From assembly GCF_009914755.1 (NCBI RefSeq), contig NC_060936.1: 64,000 nt of DNA; one strand, written 5' to 3'. Below the pieces are notes generated by a model. That model was not told where the DNA came from, did no database searches, and saw nothing but the letters and a program-made list of their open reading frames with translations. Each line of letters begins with the position of its first letter. Positions within the stretch are counted from its first letter, which is position 1. The stretch comes from the human T2T-CHM13v2.0 reference genome, Homo sapiens. A program made the translations under genes and the position numbers. This document shows, in pieces, positions 1 through 25,549 of the stretch.

Positions 1-143
1 AGTAAAGATGAACAGAGATCATATTATAAATAGTTGGAAGATTTATTTTTTATTTTGTTTTTTAGAAACAGGGTCTTGCCGGCCAGGCGTGGTGACTCAT
101 GCCTGTAATCTCAGCACTTTGCAAGGCCGAAGCGGGTGGATCA

Positions 144-568
<425 letters not shown>

Positions 569-1709
569 TCAGGAGGCTGAGGCAGGAGAATTGCTTGAAC
601 CCAGGAGGTGGAGGTTGCAATGAGCCACTGCACTCCAGACTGCATTCCAGCCTGGGCGACAGAACAAGACTCTGTCTCAAAAACAAAAACAAAAACAAAA
701 AACTAGGTCTTTCTCTGTGGCCGATGCTGGAGTGCAGTGCCTTTTTGCAGGCACAATCATAGTGCACTGCAGCCCTGAACTCCTTGGCTCAAGTAATCCT
801 CCTGCCTCAGCCTCCTGAGTAACTGGGACTATAGGTATGCCCTACCATGTGTGGCTATATTTGGTAGGTTTTAAATGAAAAGATTTTTGTTTTCTGTACA
901 TTTATTTAAATTTAAAAAGTATTTAAGCCATCTTTAAGAAACTTAATGTTGAGAATGTTCTAGAATAGTGAGTCATTAGATTTCAAAATATTGGTATTGA
1001 ACCAGATGGTCTTGTGGCTTCAAAGAAGTCTCTGAAGTCACTCCAGGTGATATTAAAAGTACAGTGCTAGGACTGTCTGACCCAAAATATGTGGCTGGAA
1101 CCAGAAAGGATATAAGCATGGTTTGAGAAGGAAAAAAAGCTTAACAAGGGGGAATTGAGGAAGCCATTTGCAAAACTTCACAGGAAAGTTAAATGAATGA
1201 ATGAATAAAATGTGATTAATAAATATGGGGGCCAGGTACAGTGGCCTGCATCTGTAATCCCAGTGTTTTGGGAGGCCAAGGCAGGAGGTGCACTTGAGGC
1301 CAGGAGTTCAAGACCTGAGCAACACAGCAAGACCCCCGTCTCTATAAAAAATTTTATAAAATTAGCCGGGCATGGTGGTAGACACCTGTAGTCCCAGCTA
1401 CTTGGGAAGATGAGGCAGAGGATTGCCTGAGCCCAGGAGTTTGAGGTTATAGTGAGCCATGACTGTGCCACTGCACTCCAGCCTGGGCAACAAAGTGAGA
1501 CCCTGACTCTAAAAGTAAAATTAAATTAAATTAAAAATAAGTGGATAAATATGGGTTATGCTGTGAAGCATAGAGGGAGGGATGAAGAGGGACATTTTAA
1601 GCCACTTCTCTGGCCCCAGTTTCTAACATTATTTCTAAAATGCAGGATATCTGGTTATCCCAAACCAGTTATATTTTTATTTAAATTTGCTCAAAATTTT
1701 TATTTTTAA

Positions 1710-2369
<660 letters not shown>

Positions 2370-2935
2370 TAGTCAAGATTTTTAAAAATGTCTGCATGCT
2401 TTTCTGAGAGCCTTACCTCTCTTGTGATTTGAAGCATTTTCTCCACCAGGCCTAAGGCTGAAGGAATGTAGTTTGCTGCCCTTCAGTCTATGACAAGGAG
2501 GTCTGTTTCCTCCAACGCCTGCCTTTTAGACAGAGTGTTGATTCACAGGGAACAGAGGCAGACCTGGGGCTGACACTGAATGAATGCTACTCACAGCAGT
2601 AAGGGGAAAAGTGGGAAAGTCTTGTTTATGCTGTGGCTGATGTGGATGTCTTTGGGGAAGAAAAATTCAGGATGAGTTTATTGAGAGCATTATTTTTGAA
2701 AGTATAAGATTTGTGATTGTAATATAAACTTAAATCACTTTGGGAATGAATTTAAAAAATCTATGTGACACAAATTAATCATCATTCTCATTGTAAATTT
2801 GGCAAAGTATTTGTAATTAGGAATATCTGTCATACTGGCACTGGGCAAATTATTCTGAATGTTCCCATGCTGAAGATTCTCTCAAAAAGGGAAAAAACAA
2901 GATCCTTTGTTTGTATAAGTACAATCAGTTTGCTG

Positions 2936-3325
<390 letters not shown>

Positions 3326-3544
3326 TAGTAGAGATGGGGTTTCTCCATGTTGCCTAGGCTCATCTTGAACTCCTGAGCTCAGGCGATCTGCCTGCCTCGG
3401 CCTCCCAAAGTGCTGGGATTATAGGAGTGAATCACCGTACCCGGCCTCATTACTATGTTTTCTAAAGTTGTTTCATTCCTACCTTTCTCCTCGAAGCCCC
3501 TCAGCTTCAAATATTCAACAAACCATGATTCTGACCTCTATGCT

Positions 3545-4181
3545 TTCTTTATTCTCTTCGTAGCTCTGTGAGAGCAAAAAACTTACCTGTCCCCAGTGGG
3601 TAAAACAGTGTTGCACACAGTTTAGACATTGTCTTTATCATCTCTAAGCTGATAATTCTCATATCCAAGTCTTTAGTTCTATGCTCTTGTCCATAGTTTA
3701 CTGTTGTTCTTTCAAGAAAAAATGGTGTCCCATGAAAAAAGCAGTGTACTGCAGCACAGAATTCAATCTCTAGGAAGGTTATTCTTGAGATAACCAATGT
3801 ATATACTTTGGTGTGCAGAAGTGCTTATATGTGCTTTCCATTGTATCATACAGAGTACTAAAAAGATGTGCACTCAAGGATCAAGACTAAATAAAATTAA
3901 TAACTGTGACTGCTTCTTCAAGGACGTTCTTCAGTGAATTTTAAGAAAAACTGGCTTTTTAAACTGTTGAGTACATAGTGATGAACAATGACTGCTAATA
4001 CAGCTGGTGCCATGGCTTTGATTCATGCCAAGGTAACAACAGTTTTACCTACCATTGCTTTTGTGCCATCATGCAAAGGTCCAAAAAGTGCAAAAAGCAA
4101 GTAAAATCTTAGTATTATTATGAGAGCTCTGACCTCATGAGACCTTTTTGGGGGTCCATGAACTACACTTTGGGAACGGCT
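3545..4181 (-). mobile_element. hAT-Charlie DNA transposon fragment (Charlie1-like)
   Basis: Terminal ..cacttttgggaacggctg-type end and internal motifs resembling the remembered consensus. Confidence 0.65.
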
Positions 4182-5097
4182 GCCCTAAGCTTTTAGGATG
4201 TCATGGTAAACAAGATCACAAGGTCCCTGTCCTCATAGAGCTTAAGAAGACAAACATTTAACAAGTAGAGAAGTGACTAAGATGACTTCAGAGTATGATC
4301 AGGTCCCTGAAGAGAATAAACAAAGGGAATGTGATGGATAAACTAGGGGTTGGGGGGCTGGGGGGTGCGGCTTTTGAAAAACTTCCCTAAGGAAGTGACA
4401 TCTGAGCCCAAAGCTCAAGGATGAAAAACTAGGTCTGCCATGCACAAAACTGGGAAGAAGTTTCTGGAAAGATGACATAGCAAGGAAAGAAGTCTGAGGC
4501 AGGAATGATCTTGGCATTTGGGAGACAAGAATGAGAGCAGTAAGGCTAGATAACAGCAGTATTTTTATGGCCCTTAAAACGCCTTCAAGGCTGGGGGCCG
4601 TGGCTCACGCCTGTAATCCCAGCACTTTGGGAGGCTGAGGCGGTTGGATCACCTGAGGTCAGGAGTTCGAGACCAGCCTGGCCAACGTGGTGAAACTCCA
4701 TCTCTACTAAAAATACAAAATTAGCTGGGCATGGTGGTGCATGCCTGTAAGGCTGAGGCAGAGGAGTTGCTTGAACCTGGGAGGCGGAGGTTGCAGAGAG
4801 CTGAGATCACGCCACTGCACTCCAGCCTGGGCGACAGAGCGAGACTCCGTTTCAGAAAAACAAACAAACAAAAAGAAGAAAAAAAACTGCCTTCAGTGAG
4901 GATTCCATGTTATTATCATTAAAAATGATAATAACATGTTTAATCCTTGTAACAACCCATTTTACAGATGCAGAAACTGGTGTCAGAGCTAGAATACCAA
5001 TGCAGTGCAGCCACAGAACCCACACTCATAATCTTTAAAGCCTCTTTTAGAGAAAATCACTCCATGGATTAAAACTGCCTTGTTAATGCATATAAAA

Positions 5098-5124
5098 GTG
5101 TGTGTATGTGTGTGTGTGTGTGTG
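5098..5124 (+). repeat. (TG)n microsatellite
   Basis: gtgtgtgtatgtgtgtgtgtgtgtgtg. Confidence 0.95.
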
Positions 5125-6655
5125 ATCTTATTTATCCCTCTTTGCCTTAGGTCTGGGGAACTGGAAGCTATCAAAGCCATTCTGACACCTCGTTGGAATC
5201 TATCACTTGAGGGAGGAACAGTAGCCATAAGCTCAGTGAAAAGGAGTTTGTGAATAATTCCCCTGAAAAGTTTCTCTCTCAATTTGAGCAGTCATAGATG
5301 CATTGCTTCTTTTTGAACCTGTGTCTTATTCTAATTGAGTTATAAAGAAACAACAATGAACTGTGGAACTGAACAGTCCACTCTGTGACAAGTTCCTCTG
5401 TACAGGTTGGTCATTGTGTGACTTTTCTAACTTCCATTATGGTCCAAAAAGGGGGTTACAAGGGTATGATGGCTGTTGTCAGATCTACACAGACAGGCCA
5501 GAGGCATGTAATTCCCTCTCTAGGAACAAACATCAGTCACCCTCAGGGGTAAGGGAACCCAGCTGTCAGCTTTGGTAGGAAAACGCAACCTTCTCCAGAA
5601 CAAGGAAAATAAGACCACCCACCACGTCACATTCTTGAGGTGTTTGTGCTGATCCTTCTCTTTAATCTTAACATTGTGGAATCTCCACGGCTTTGCTTCC
5701 TCTCAGCCCGCTCTCACCCACTCCACCCATTCCAATACACAGGCACTGGGTGAAGGACGGAACTTAGCTCAAAAGGTCTCTATCGCTTGAGGTCGGGCTT
5801 GCTCCTTCGTGGTAGGCATTCCATCATCTGGATTGCAACAGAACTGCAAACCACATTGCTTTCTAAGAGACTAAACCCAAGAGACTAACCCCAGTCCAGG
5901 GCGTAGCCACCTGCCTCTCAGCCCTAATTACAGACTGTACCTTCTGCTCATGAAGGAGCCCTGCTCTAACTTCTGGGAATTATATGGTTGCATTAAGGTA
6001 TGGACACATTCCTTTTCTCTCTCGACACCAAAAAGGATACTATATCTGCTTGATCAATAGTCTACCTCTGACTTTAAAGTACTTACTAGAGTATAAGTTC
6101 CACAAGGGCAGGATCTTGTCTGTTTCTGTTTACCTTCGTATCCCCAGTACTGGCACAATGCCTGGTTCTTAGTATGTGTTCAATAATTATCTGTTGAATA
6201 AATGATTAAGTGAGTGATTTAACTGGACACGAAAACAGGCATATCAGCTGGGTGCAGTGGCTCACACCTGTAATCCCAGCACTTTGGGAAGCTAAAATGG
6301 GAAGGTCACCTGAGCCCAAAAGTTCAAGACCAGCCTGGGCAACATGGCAAAATCCTGTCTCTACAAAAAATACAAAAATCAACCAGGCATGGTGGCATGC
6401 ACTTGTGGTCCCAGCTACTCAGGAGGTTGAGGTGGGAGGATCACCTGAGCCTGGGGAGGTCAAGGATGCAGTGAGCCATGATTGTGCCACTGCACTCCAG
6501 CCTGGCTGACAGAGTAAGAACCCATCTCAAATAAAATAAAATGGGTATATCAGTATAGTGAAAAAATTAATCATCCATTTGGTCTTTTATTCACTATTCC
6601 ACAGATTTTATTGAGCACTGATTATGTCAGGCACTCTTTTCTTTTTTTTAGATAG

Positions 6656-6949
<294 letters not shown>

Positions 6950-8099
6950 TAGGAATACAAAATTATTAGGCAAAGCAATCTAACCAAGGGGACTTTCCCA
7001 ACTAATTAGACTCAAAGAAATAGTCTTTTATTCAGTCAGGAGCATGAGTCCTGCACACAGCACCCCGTATTATACTCTGAAAATTAGGAAGAAGTGGAAG
7101 ATAGTGCCTTTCACCACAGAGCTTTCAATTTAGAGGCCAAAGAGCATGGCCAAATATTAAAAAGTTATGCAAGGACACAGATATGAACAAGGAAATATTA
7201 ACGTACCACCAGCTGTACCAAAATGCTGCAGTTCTCTGAGTAATCAAGTGATCATTACTCATGGTATCTCAGTCAGATTTCAGACTAGCAAGATCAACCT
7301 TGCTAGTCTCTCTTTTAGGAACTCAGTTCTTTTCCTTCTAATGCCTCATCCCAGTTTGCAATTATATATTTATTTGCTTCTTGTATTTCTCCTTTACTAT
7401 ACTGCAAGCTCAAAAAAGGCACAGGTTATATATGTTTTAATCAGGCTATATTTTAAATGCCTTGCACTGTGCCAGTAAATATTCGTTAAATATATGAATT
7501 GCTGGGTATGATGGTGTGAGCCTGTGGTGCCAGCTACTTGAAAGGCTGAGGTGGGAGGATCGCTTCAGCCCAGGAGTTCAAGGTTGTAGTGCACTACAGT
7601 CATGCCTCGAATAGACTTTGCACTCCAACCTAGCCAACATAGCGAGACCCTATCTCTAAAAGTAAATGAATTAATTAATGAATTAAGGGTCACAGCCAAA
7701 TTCATGCTTAAAATATTTTGATACTTGGCCAAGAGGATAGTGGCAGTAAATCAATAAACTGGTTGATGGTGAACTTCTTTTTTGTTGTTGTTGCGGGGTT
7801 TTTTTGTTTTTTATTTTTTGAGACAGGGCCTCTGACCCCCAGGTTGGACTACAGTGGCACAATCACAGCTCATTGCAGTCTCAAGCCACCTTCCTGGGCT
7901 CCGGCAATCCTCCTGCCTCAGCCTCCCAAAGCACTGGGATTACAAGCATGAGCCATCCCACCTAGCAATGATGTGTGTACTTGTGACATGATGCATAGGA
8001 TTTACCTTTCCACACTCAGCTAAATAACTGTTTCAATTTTGCTAGGAAAGTTCTGGTCTAGTTTGGTCTGGACTCTAGTTTACTTTTCTTTCTTTTTAA

Positions 8100-8402
<303 letters not shown>

Positions 8403-9474
8403 TGAGCCACCGCGCCTGGCCTAACCTTACTTACTTTTTAACTGTGGCAAAGACTCTAGTCTTCTTTTAAGAGTAACTACAATTTACTTTTTAAAATTAT
8501 TAAATAATTTTCTATCATACTTTTATGTGCTGTGTTTTATGGATTATGTGTTTTATGTGCTGAATTTATGTTTTTAAATCACTTTTTAAGTTATCTGCAT
8601 CACTTTTAAGCAAGGTGGTGAGAGATAAAAACCATATCGCTTTACTTTTAAAGTGAATGACCGCCTCTAAGCTTGAAAACATCACAGTTAGACTGTGTCA
8701 TTTTCTGGTCTTTAGGTGGAGCCACTGCTATTGCAGGTTTCCTAAACCTAAACCTATTTATAGAGAAATTCCTCTTCAGTCATTTTATAACCAAAGCCTC
8801 TTGTAAGTATTTAACATTACATTTTAGCTCAGTGAATTTCACTATATAGGAAAGATCCTGAGAGAACTAACAATATAAAATATGTAGCCAATTCATACAT
8901 ATTTTAACATTCAGAAATACTACTTATTAGAATTTGAATTTATTTCTCAGACTTTTCTGAGAGGTTAGAAGGGCCCTGTTGTGTTTAACCCAAAGACCAG
9001 TTCAAAAACTAGGGAGGGAGCTGTTTAAGAGGAAGGAATGACTAACGTCTGAAGGTCAGAGGACTAAAATCCTGGTGATTGAACAAGTTGCAACACATGG
9101 GTTTTCCCTCTAAAAAAACAAAACAAGCCGGGCAAAAAAAAAAAAAAGAAAAAAACAAACAAAAAACATTCTGTGCTGGCCCCAGTAATTACTTGTACCC
9201 TTGCTCTTTCATTTCCTCTTCTAATGATAAAGGAAGCTGCAGTTGCTCAACTTGTGAACTGAAAACATGGGACAGCAATGACACAGGAAAATGGGCAAGT
9301 CCAGGCAAAAGCCCGTGCGGTGGCCAGAGTCCGGGCCTGCCTGCTTTCCCATCATTTTCCTTTCCCATGTTTGTTCTTTTCTTCTTTTCGCCTTGATTTC
9401 TTATCGTGTTCCTTTTTTTTTTTTTTTTTTTTTTTTTTTTGAGATGGAGTTTCGCTCTGTCACCCAGACTGTAA

Positions 9475-9735
<261 letters not shown>

Positions 9736-11129
9736 TAAAAAATATTTTCCACCACCCCTTTTTCCTTGTATCACACCTCTCCTTTAAGCCCACAAGTTAA
9801 AGCATTGATGAACACTTCTACTTCAACTTGGGAATATTAATACAAAAAAAAGACCCAGCACTCACTGAAGTACAACACAAAGCAAATCCCTTTTACTACA
9901 AATTCCTTTTTCTACAGCTCTTTCCAATGGATTTAAATTGTTCTTAAATGAAATTTTTAAACATATAAAATTGGGAAACATTTTAATTTTCATAGAGACC
10001 TATAAATCCATGTTTTCCCAAATTTAGTCCTGTCGAGGGTATGGGAAAACAAGTACCATCTTACATTCATCATGAGACCATAAATTGCATAGCCACAAAA
10101 ATGCTCATGCCCTGTAACCCAGAAAATCCACTTTCAGGAGTTTATCCTAAGAAAGTAAAGATGTGCAAAAAGATTTTCTTTGTAGATGGGGTCTCACTGT
10201 CACCATGGCTGGAGTGCAGTGGCAAGATCATAACTCATTGCAGCCTCAAACTTCCATGGTCAAGCCATCTTCCTACCTCAGCCTCCTGAGTAGCTGAGAC
10301 TACAGGCTTATGACACCGAGTGTGCCTAAGTTTTTTATTTTTTTTTTAATTTTTTTGTAAAGACAAGGTCTCTCTTTGTTGCCCAGGCTAGTCTTGAGCT
10401 CTTGGCCTCAAGTGATTCTCTGGCCTCAGCCACCTGAAGTACTGGGATTACAGGTGTAAGCCACCACGTCCAGCCCTGCATAAAGATTTTTGTGCAGAGA
10501 AGTTTATCACAGCATTATTATTATTATCATTTTTAGAGACAGGGTCTTGCTCTGTTGCCCAGGCTGGAGTGCAGTGGTGCGAGTATAGCTCACTGCAACC
10601 TCCAACTCCTGGGCTAAAGCAATCCTCTTGCCTCAGTCTCCTAAGTTGGTGTGCACCATCACGCTGAGAAACATTATTGATAATAGCAAAAAAAATAGGA
10701 AAGCAACTAAATGTCCAACAGTTCTTGGTCCACCCGTCCATGTGACTCACCAGTCTTCTGGAAAGGCCTGGGATTTTTAACCTTATGCTTGCCACCTAAA
10801 CCTCTGCTGGATGAGTGAGGCCCTAGAGATCAATAGACCTCTCTAGTTAATGATTACTAGTCTTCTCCCATTTCTAAGTACACACAGCTTGGTTTCCCCA
10901 CCTTTATCAACATGCTGCTTAGAACATCTAACTATTTTCAATTGCAACTCCTTCCACCTTCCACTGTAAGAACTATAGTTTTTGGGCTGGGCGCGGTGGC
11001 TAACGCCTGTAATCCCAGCACTCTGGGAGGCTGAAGCGGGTGGATCACCTGAAGTCAAGAGTTTGAGACCAGCCTGATCAATATGGTGCAACCCCGTCTC
11101 TACTAAAAATACAAAAAAAACCAAATTAG

Positions 11130-11321
<192 letters not shown>

Positions 11322-11455
11322 TGAGTAGCTGGGACAGTTTCTTTTAAAAATTATGATTATTGGCTGGGTGCGGTGGCTCACACCTATAATCCTAGCACTT
11401 TGGGAGGCCGACGCAAGTGGATCATGAGGTCAGGAGATCGAGACCATCCTGGCTA

Positions 11456-11665
<210 letters not shown>

Positions 11666-12194
11666 TTAAAAATTATGATTATCGTATTCCCCAGGGCAGA
11701 GCATCCAAGTTAATAGGCACTTAGCAAGTTTTTATTGAATGAGTGAATAAATGAATGAGATGTTTACAATCTGCCTTGAATATAATTAGCTCTACTTCAA
11801 ATTGTCGGCCTATAATCCCTCAGCAGAAACAAATCATTTACATAGTAATCCCATGGGGAAGAAAATGACTGTGATTCATAACATTTAAAATTTTAAACAA
11901 AACAACAGCAATGATGTGGTCATCTATTCATTCAACAAATGTACTAAGTACCTTCTATGGACCAGATGCGAAAGCCCTGGAGATGGAATCATAGAATTAG
12001 AAATTAAGAAAACTGTATGGATTATGCCTATAATCCCAGCACTTTGGGAGCCCGAGGCGGGCGGATCACCTGAGGTCGGGAGTTTGAGACCAGCCTGACC
12101 AAAGTGGAAAAACCCCATCTCTACTAAAAATACAAAACTAGCCAGGGGGGAGGGGGGTGGCGCGGTGGTGCATGACTATAATCCTAGCTACTCA

Positions 12195-12299
<105 letters not shown>

Positions 12300-12645
12300 T
12301 CAAAAAGAAAAAAAGAAAAAAAAAACTGTATGGATTAAGATGTTTAAACAATTAAAGAGGCCAGGCATGCATGCCTGTAATCTCAGCACTTTACGGGGCT
12401 GAGACAGGACTGCTTGAGCCCAAAAGTTTGAGACCAGGCTGGGCAACACAGGGAGATCCTGTCTCTACCAAAAATTTAAATATTAGCCAGGTGTGGTGGC
12501 GCTTACCTACAGTCCTAGCTACTTGGGAGACTGATGAAGGAGGACTGCTTGAGCCCAGTAGGTTGAGGCTGCAGTGAGCTGTGATCGTGTCACTTCACTC
12601 CAGCCTGGGCAACACAGCAAGACTCTATCTCAAAAAATTTTCTTA

Positions 12646-12984
<339 letters not shown>

Positions 12985-13118
12985 TTAATTTGGAAAGGTG
13001 GATCTACCTAAACAATGCATTTCCCCTCCATGAGCATCTCCTTTGCATCAAGGTACCTGTGAAATTAGATAGGTTAGCAGGAAGTTTATTTATTTATTTA
13101 TTTTTGTTTTTTTTTTGA

Positions 13119-13358
<240 letters not shown>

Positions 13359-15501
13359 TGATCTGCCCACCTCAGCCTCCCAAAGTGCTGGGATTACAGG
13401 CGTGAGCCACTGCGCCCGGCCTGGTTAGCAGGAAGTTTTTAAGGACCATATAATCAGAGGTAAGGGAGTAGACTAATTTAGGAAGCTATTTCTTTCCAGC
13501 TATGGAAAGGCCTAGAAATTTTTATGTATTTTTCCAGTGAATTGATTATTCCTATGCTAGACAATCATGATCAAATTCTTACTATTTAATTGCCCTACTC
13601 CCTGTTTTTTTGAGACAGGATCTGGCTCTCTCACCCAGGCTGGAATACAGTGGTGAGGTCATAGCTCATTGCAGCCTCGGCCTCCCAGGCTCAAGTGATC
13701 CTCCCATCTCAGCCTCCTGAGTAGCTGGGACCACACACATGCACCACCATGCCTGGCTAATTTTTTTATTTTTGTAGGGATGGCATCTCCCTATGTTGCC
13801 CAGGCTGATCTTGAACTCCTGGGCTCCAGCAATCCTTCCACCTCAGCCTACCAAAGTGCTGGGATGACAGGTGCAAGCCACTGCACCTGGCCTAATTCTC
13901 ATTTTTATATATTAATACTTCCTGTATATAAATGTGCTATGGAGTGGGCTGCAGTGGCTCCTGCCTGGCCTCAGTTACTTGGGAGGTTGAGGTGGGAGGA
14001 TCGCTTGAGCCCAGGAGTTTAAGACCTGCCTGGGCAACATAGTGAGACCCCATCTCTACATCCAAATAAAATAAAATAAAATAAAAAGGTAAAAAAAAAA
14101 GAGAGAGAGAGAGCACGATAATTTTTGTACCAGGAATGAAAAGGGAGCCCAAAAATCTAAGCAGTGAGCAGGTGCTGAAACCAACGTACTCACAGAGCAA
14201 GCCAAACAGGATTAGACTTTATTACTGGGGACTGGGCTTGAACCTCCGGGCTGCAGCATCAGAGGCTAACAGAATGGAGAGTAAAAAGGTGGGCAAAAGA
14301 CTTGGGGCTGGAAAGCAGCAGATGGGAGCAGAATTGACAGAACAGCACATGGCCAGGATATCCCTCCCCGCTAAAATACTAGGATACTGACTTAGAAAAG
14401 CAGAGGGTCAGGGAAATCTAAAAAAAAAAGACTGACATTTCTATTTAAGAGACATTGCCTAAATTGCTGATTAAATAAACAGATCCAACCAGATCTAAAT
14501 AATATTGGACATTTAATTAGTTTTCCTATTACACTGCAGGTACAGCCTCAGGAATACTTATAGGCAAAATTAAAGTGCTACTTTTCTATCTGCCTCTCTG
14601 AGTTGGAGTGAGTTAAATGTGTAACCCCCACATTGTATATAATAATCTCTTACAATCTTGTTCATAGTGCCACCTATGGTCACGACCAATTAGAGCTGGT
14701 AAGACAGCTGTACTGTTTGCTTCAGCCAATGAGGGTAAATGTACTATGTTGCTAAAACTCTCAGCCCATGAGTACTCTCCTGAGCTATCCTCAGCCAGGC
14801 ATGCACTGCAAGATGGGTCATTTGTGCTTCTTTGGCTTAACTTTCTGCCATTGACTTTGGGTTCTAGGGAACAGATTGACCCCAAACATCTGACATAACC
14901 TACGTAAGTGACAGTGTTGGCTTAGAATAAAGAAACAAAGACTATCATGGCATTTTTTTAATAAAGCAAGTGTTACAGTGACCTGTTTTGGGGACTGCCA
15001 GAGATTAGGTGGCAGTTGCCTTCTAGATCTAGCCACAGGAGAAAAAATTAAAGAGCCATATGACTGTGAGGCAGATCCTCATCAGGGAGGAGGCGCAGTG
15101 TCTTTTTAACCACTTTGAAGACCAACAGCCAAGACATCTTGAGCTAGTTGTGGTGGACAGAGAGTTCCAAACACCTCAGCCACCAGGAAAAGGGAGTGGC
15201 CAGGAAGAGGCTGCAGGCTCAAGGGCAGGGATTCTCCCACCCACCTAAGGAACCTACTGAGCATCGAACCACTCCAACTTGCCTTGGGAGGAGGACTTGA
15301 ATGCTACCAAAGACTGCTCGACAGGCCTGCAAGGCAGGACTACTTTTGTGAGAATTTGAAGACCATGCCGACCTGTCATTTAAAGACACCCATCTCTGCC
15401 TGAGCTGTCAGATTTGCCAAGTTCTGGGTTGTCTCATAATTATTTACTCAGTACAAAATAATACCAGCCATGATCCTCAGTGGTAAGTAGCAGAAATCAA
15501 C

Positions 15502-15923
15502 TGTATTTGTTTGCTAAGGCTGTGCTAATAAAGTGCTGTAAACCATGTGGCTCAGAACAACAGAGTTTATTATTTCCAGTTCTGGAGGCCAGGTCTGAAA
15601 TTAAAATGTCGGCAGAGCCATGGTTGATCTGAAGCCTCTAGGGATGGATCTATTTCAGGTCGCTCTCCTAGCTTTTGGTATTTCCTTGGATTTGTGCAAC
15701 ATAACTCCAATCCCCACATACTGTTCTCCCACTGTGTGTGTCTCTGGATCCAAATTTCCCCCTTTTATATGGACAGCAGTCACACTGGATTAGGGGCCCA
15801 CCCTGCTCCAGTATGACTTCATCTTAATTGCATCTGTAACAACCTAAATATGGTCACATTCTGAGATAGAGGGGTTAGGACTTCAACATAAGAATTTTGG
15901 GGTTCATGGTTCAACCCATAACA
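15502..15923 (-). mobile_element. MaLR LTR (MLT1B/C-like)
   Basis: TG...CA ends; cagttctggaggc and ggggttaggacttcaacata motifs. Confidence 0.75.
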
Positions 15924-16285
15924 CCGACCTTGTATGCTTTAGGGAGAAAATGTAGTTAAATGATATTGGCTTAAAGAACCATTGGAAAGGCTGAAGTAGC
16001 AGCTTGGAAAATGAGCAGGTACAGGGGAGGCTGGGTGCAGCTGTTTCCTCAAATCATGCCCCAAAGCAGCCCAGTGAGGACATCCTGACCTCTGCAGGAC
16101 CCTGGGCACCACAGCTTGGACTATTCCAGTATCTCTGACCTGCTATGCTGCTACTCCCAACTACCTTCGGGCACCCCACCCAGGAATGGAGCTACTAGAT
16201 TTTGGCTTTTATACCACTTGTTCCCAATTTTAAGTCTAGGTAACAGCCTCTGTCCTAACCGCAAGGGAGGATAGGAAAGTAAGTA

Positions 16286-18340
<2,055 letters not shown>

Positions 18341-18416
18341 TATTTGGGCCATAAATATCTCTTCATATTGCTGGGAATAGGCCTCCATTAGGACTATGAT
18401 CACCCACTCACTCTAG

Positions 18417-23790
<5,374 letters not shown>

Positions 23791-24707
23791 AGGTTTACTA
23801 TTCTGTTGCCCAGCAAGTCCTCTTATAGGTATGCAGCCTACTGTCCGTGTTGTTTATGGATTCATAAATTTACAGTGAATGTATAAAACACAGACTTAGT
23901 GGACAGGCATCAAATTGATCATTATCAAGAGAAGGGAGGGGAATGGGATAAAGAATAACAGTGAAATTTTAATTTTTTAAGCAATGTTTCATTAAAAAAA
24001 TTTATTTAGGCCAGGCTCAGTGGCTCACACCTGTAATCCTAGCATTTTGGGAGGCCAAGGCAGGTGGATTGCTTGAGGTCGGGAGTTTGAGACCAGCCTG
24101 GCCAACATGGTAAAACCCCATCTCTACTAAAAATACTAAAGATTAGCCAGGCATAGTGGTACAATCTTGGCTCACTGCACTCAGTGTGGGCGACAGAGCA
24201 AGACTCTGTTTCAAAAATAAATAAATAAATAATAAAAAAAATATGTTTGATGCAGGAATGACAAATGTGAATTCTGGGTAGTGGTTTCTTTTTTTCTTTT
24301 TTTGTTCTTCAGAGCAGAAGAACTTGAGGCGGTGGTTTCTTTTGTTGAATATTAATTGTTCTGTGAATGTTTCTGTATGTTTCAGTCAAACAAAAAGTTG
24401 ATTAATTTTCAAAGTAAAAACAAAAAGTCTTTGTATTCACTACTTGCTGGGATTTTGCTTTTTATTTTTTACTTTATTTATTTATTTATTTTTTGAGATG
24501 GAGTCTCACTCTCACTCTGTCTCCCAGGCTGGAGCGCAGTGGCATGATCTCTGCCTCCCAGGTTTAAGCAATTCTCCTGCCTCAGCCTCTGGAGTAGCTG
24601 GGATTACAGGCGTGCACCACCATACCCGGCTAATTTTTTGTATTTTTAGTAGAGACAGGGTTTCACCATGCTGGCCAGGCTGGTCTCGAACTCCTGGCCT
24701 CAGGTGA

Positions 24708-24989
<282 letters not shown>

Positions 24990-25216
24990 TGACCTTCAGT
25001 GATCTGCCTGTCTTGGCCTCCCAAAGTACTGGGATTACAGGCGTGAGCCACTGCGTCCGGCCCGGATTTTGCCTTTTAAATAACACTATTCAGTTCCAGA
25101 TGTTTGGAAAGACATAAGGAATTTGAACTACTTCTGTAATTTTAGATGGTCTCATAAATATTGTGAAACTCAGCATTCTAAACACGGTTTCTGAGCTAAA
25201 TCTTGTTTAGTTTTCA

Positions 25217-25549
<333 letters not shown>

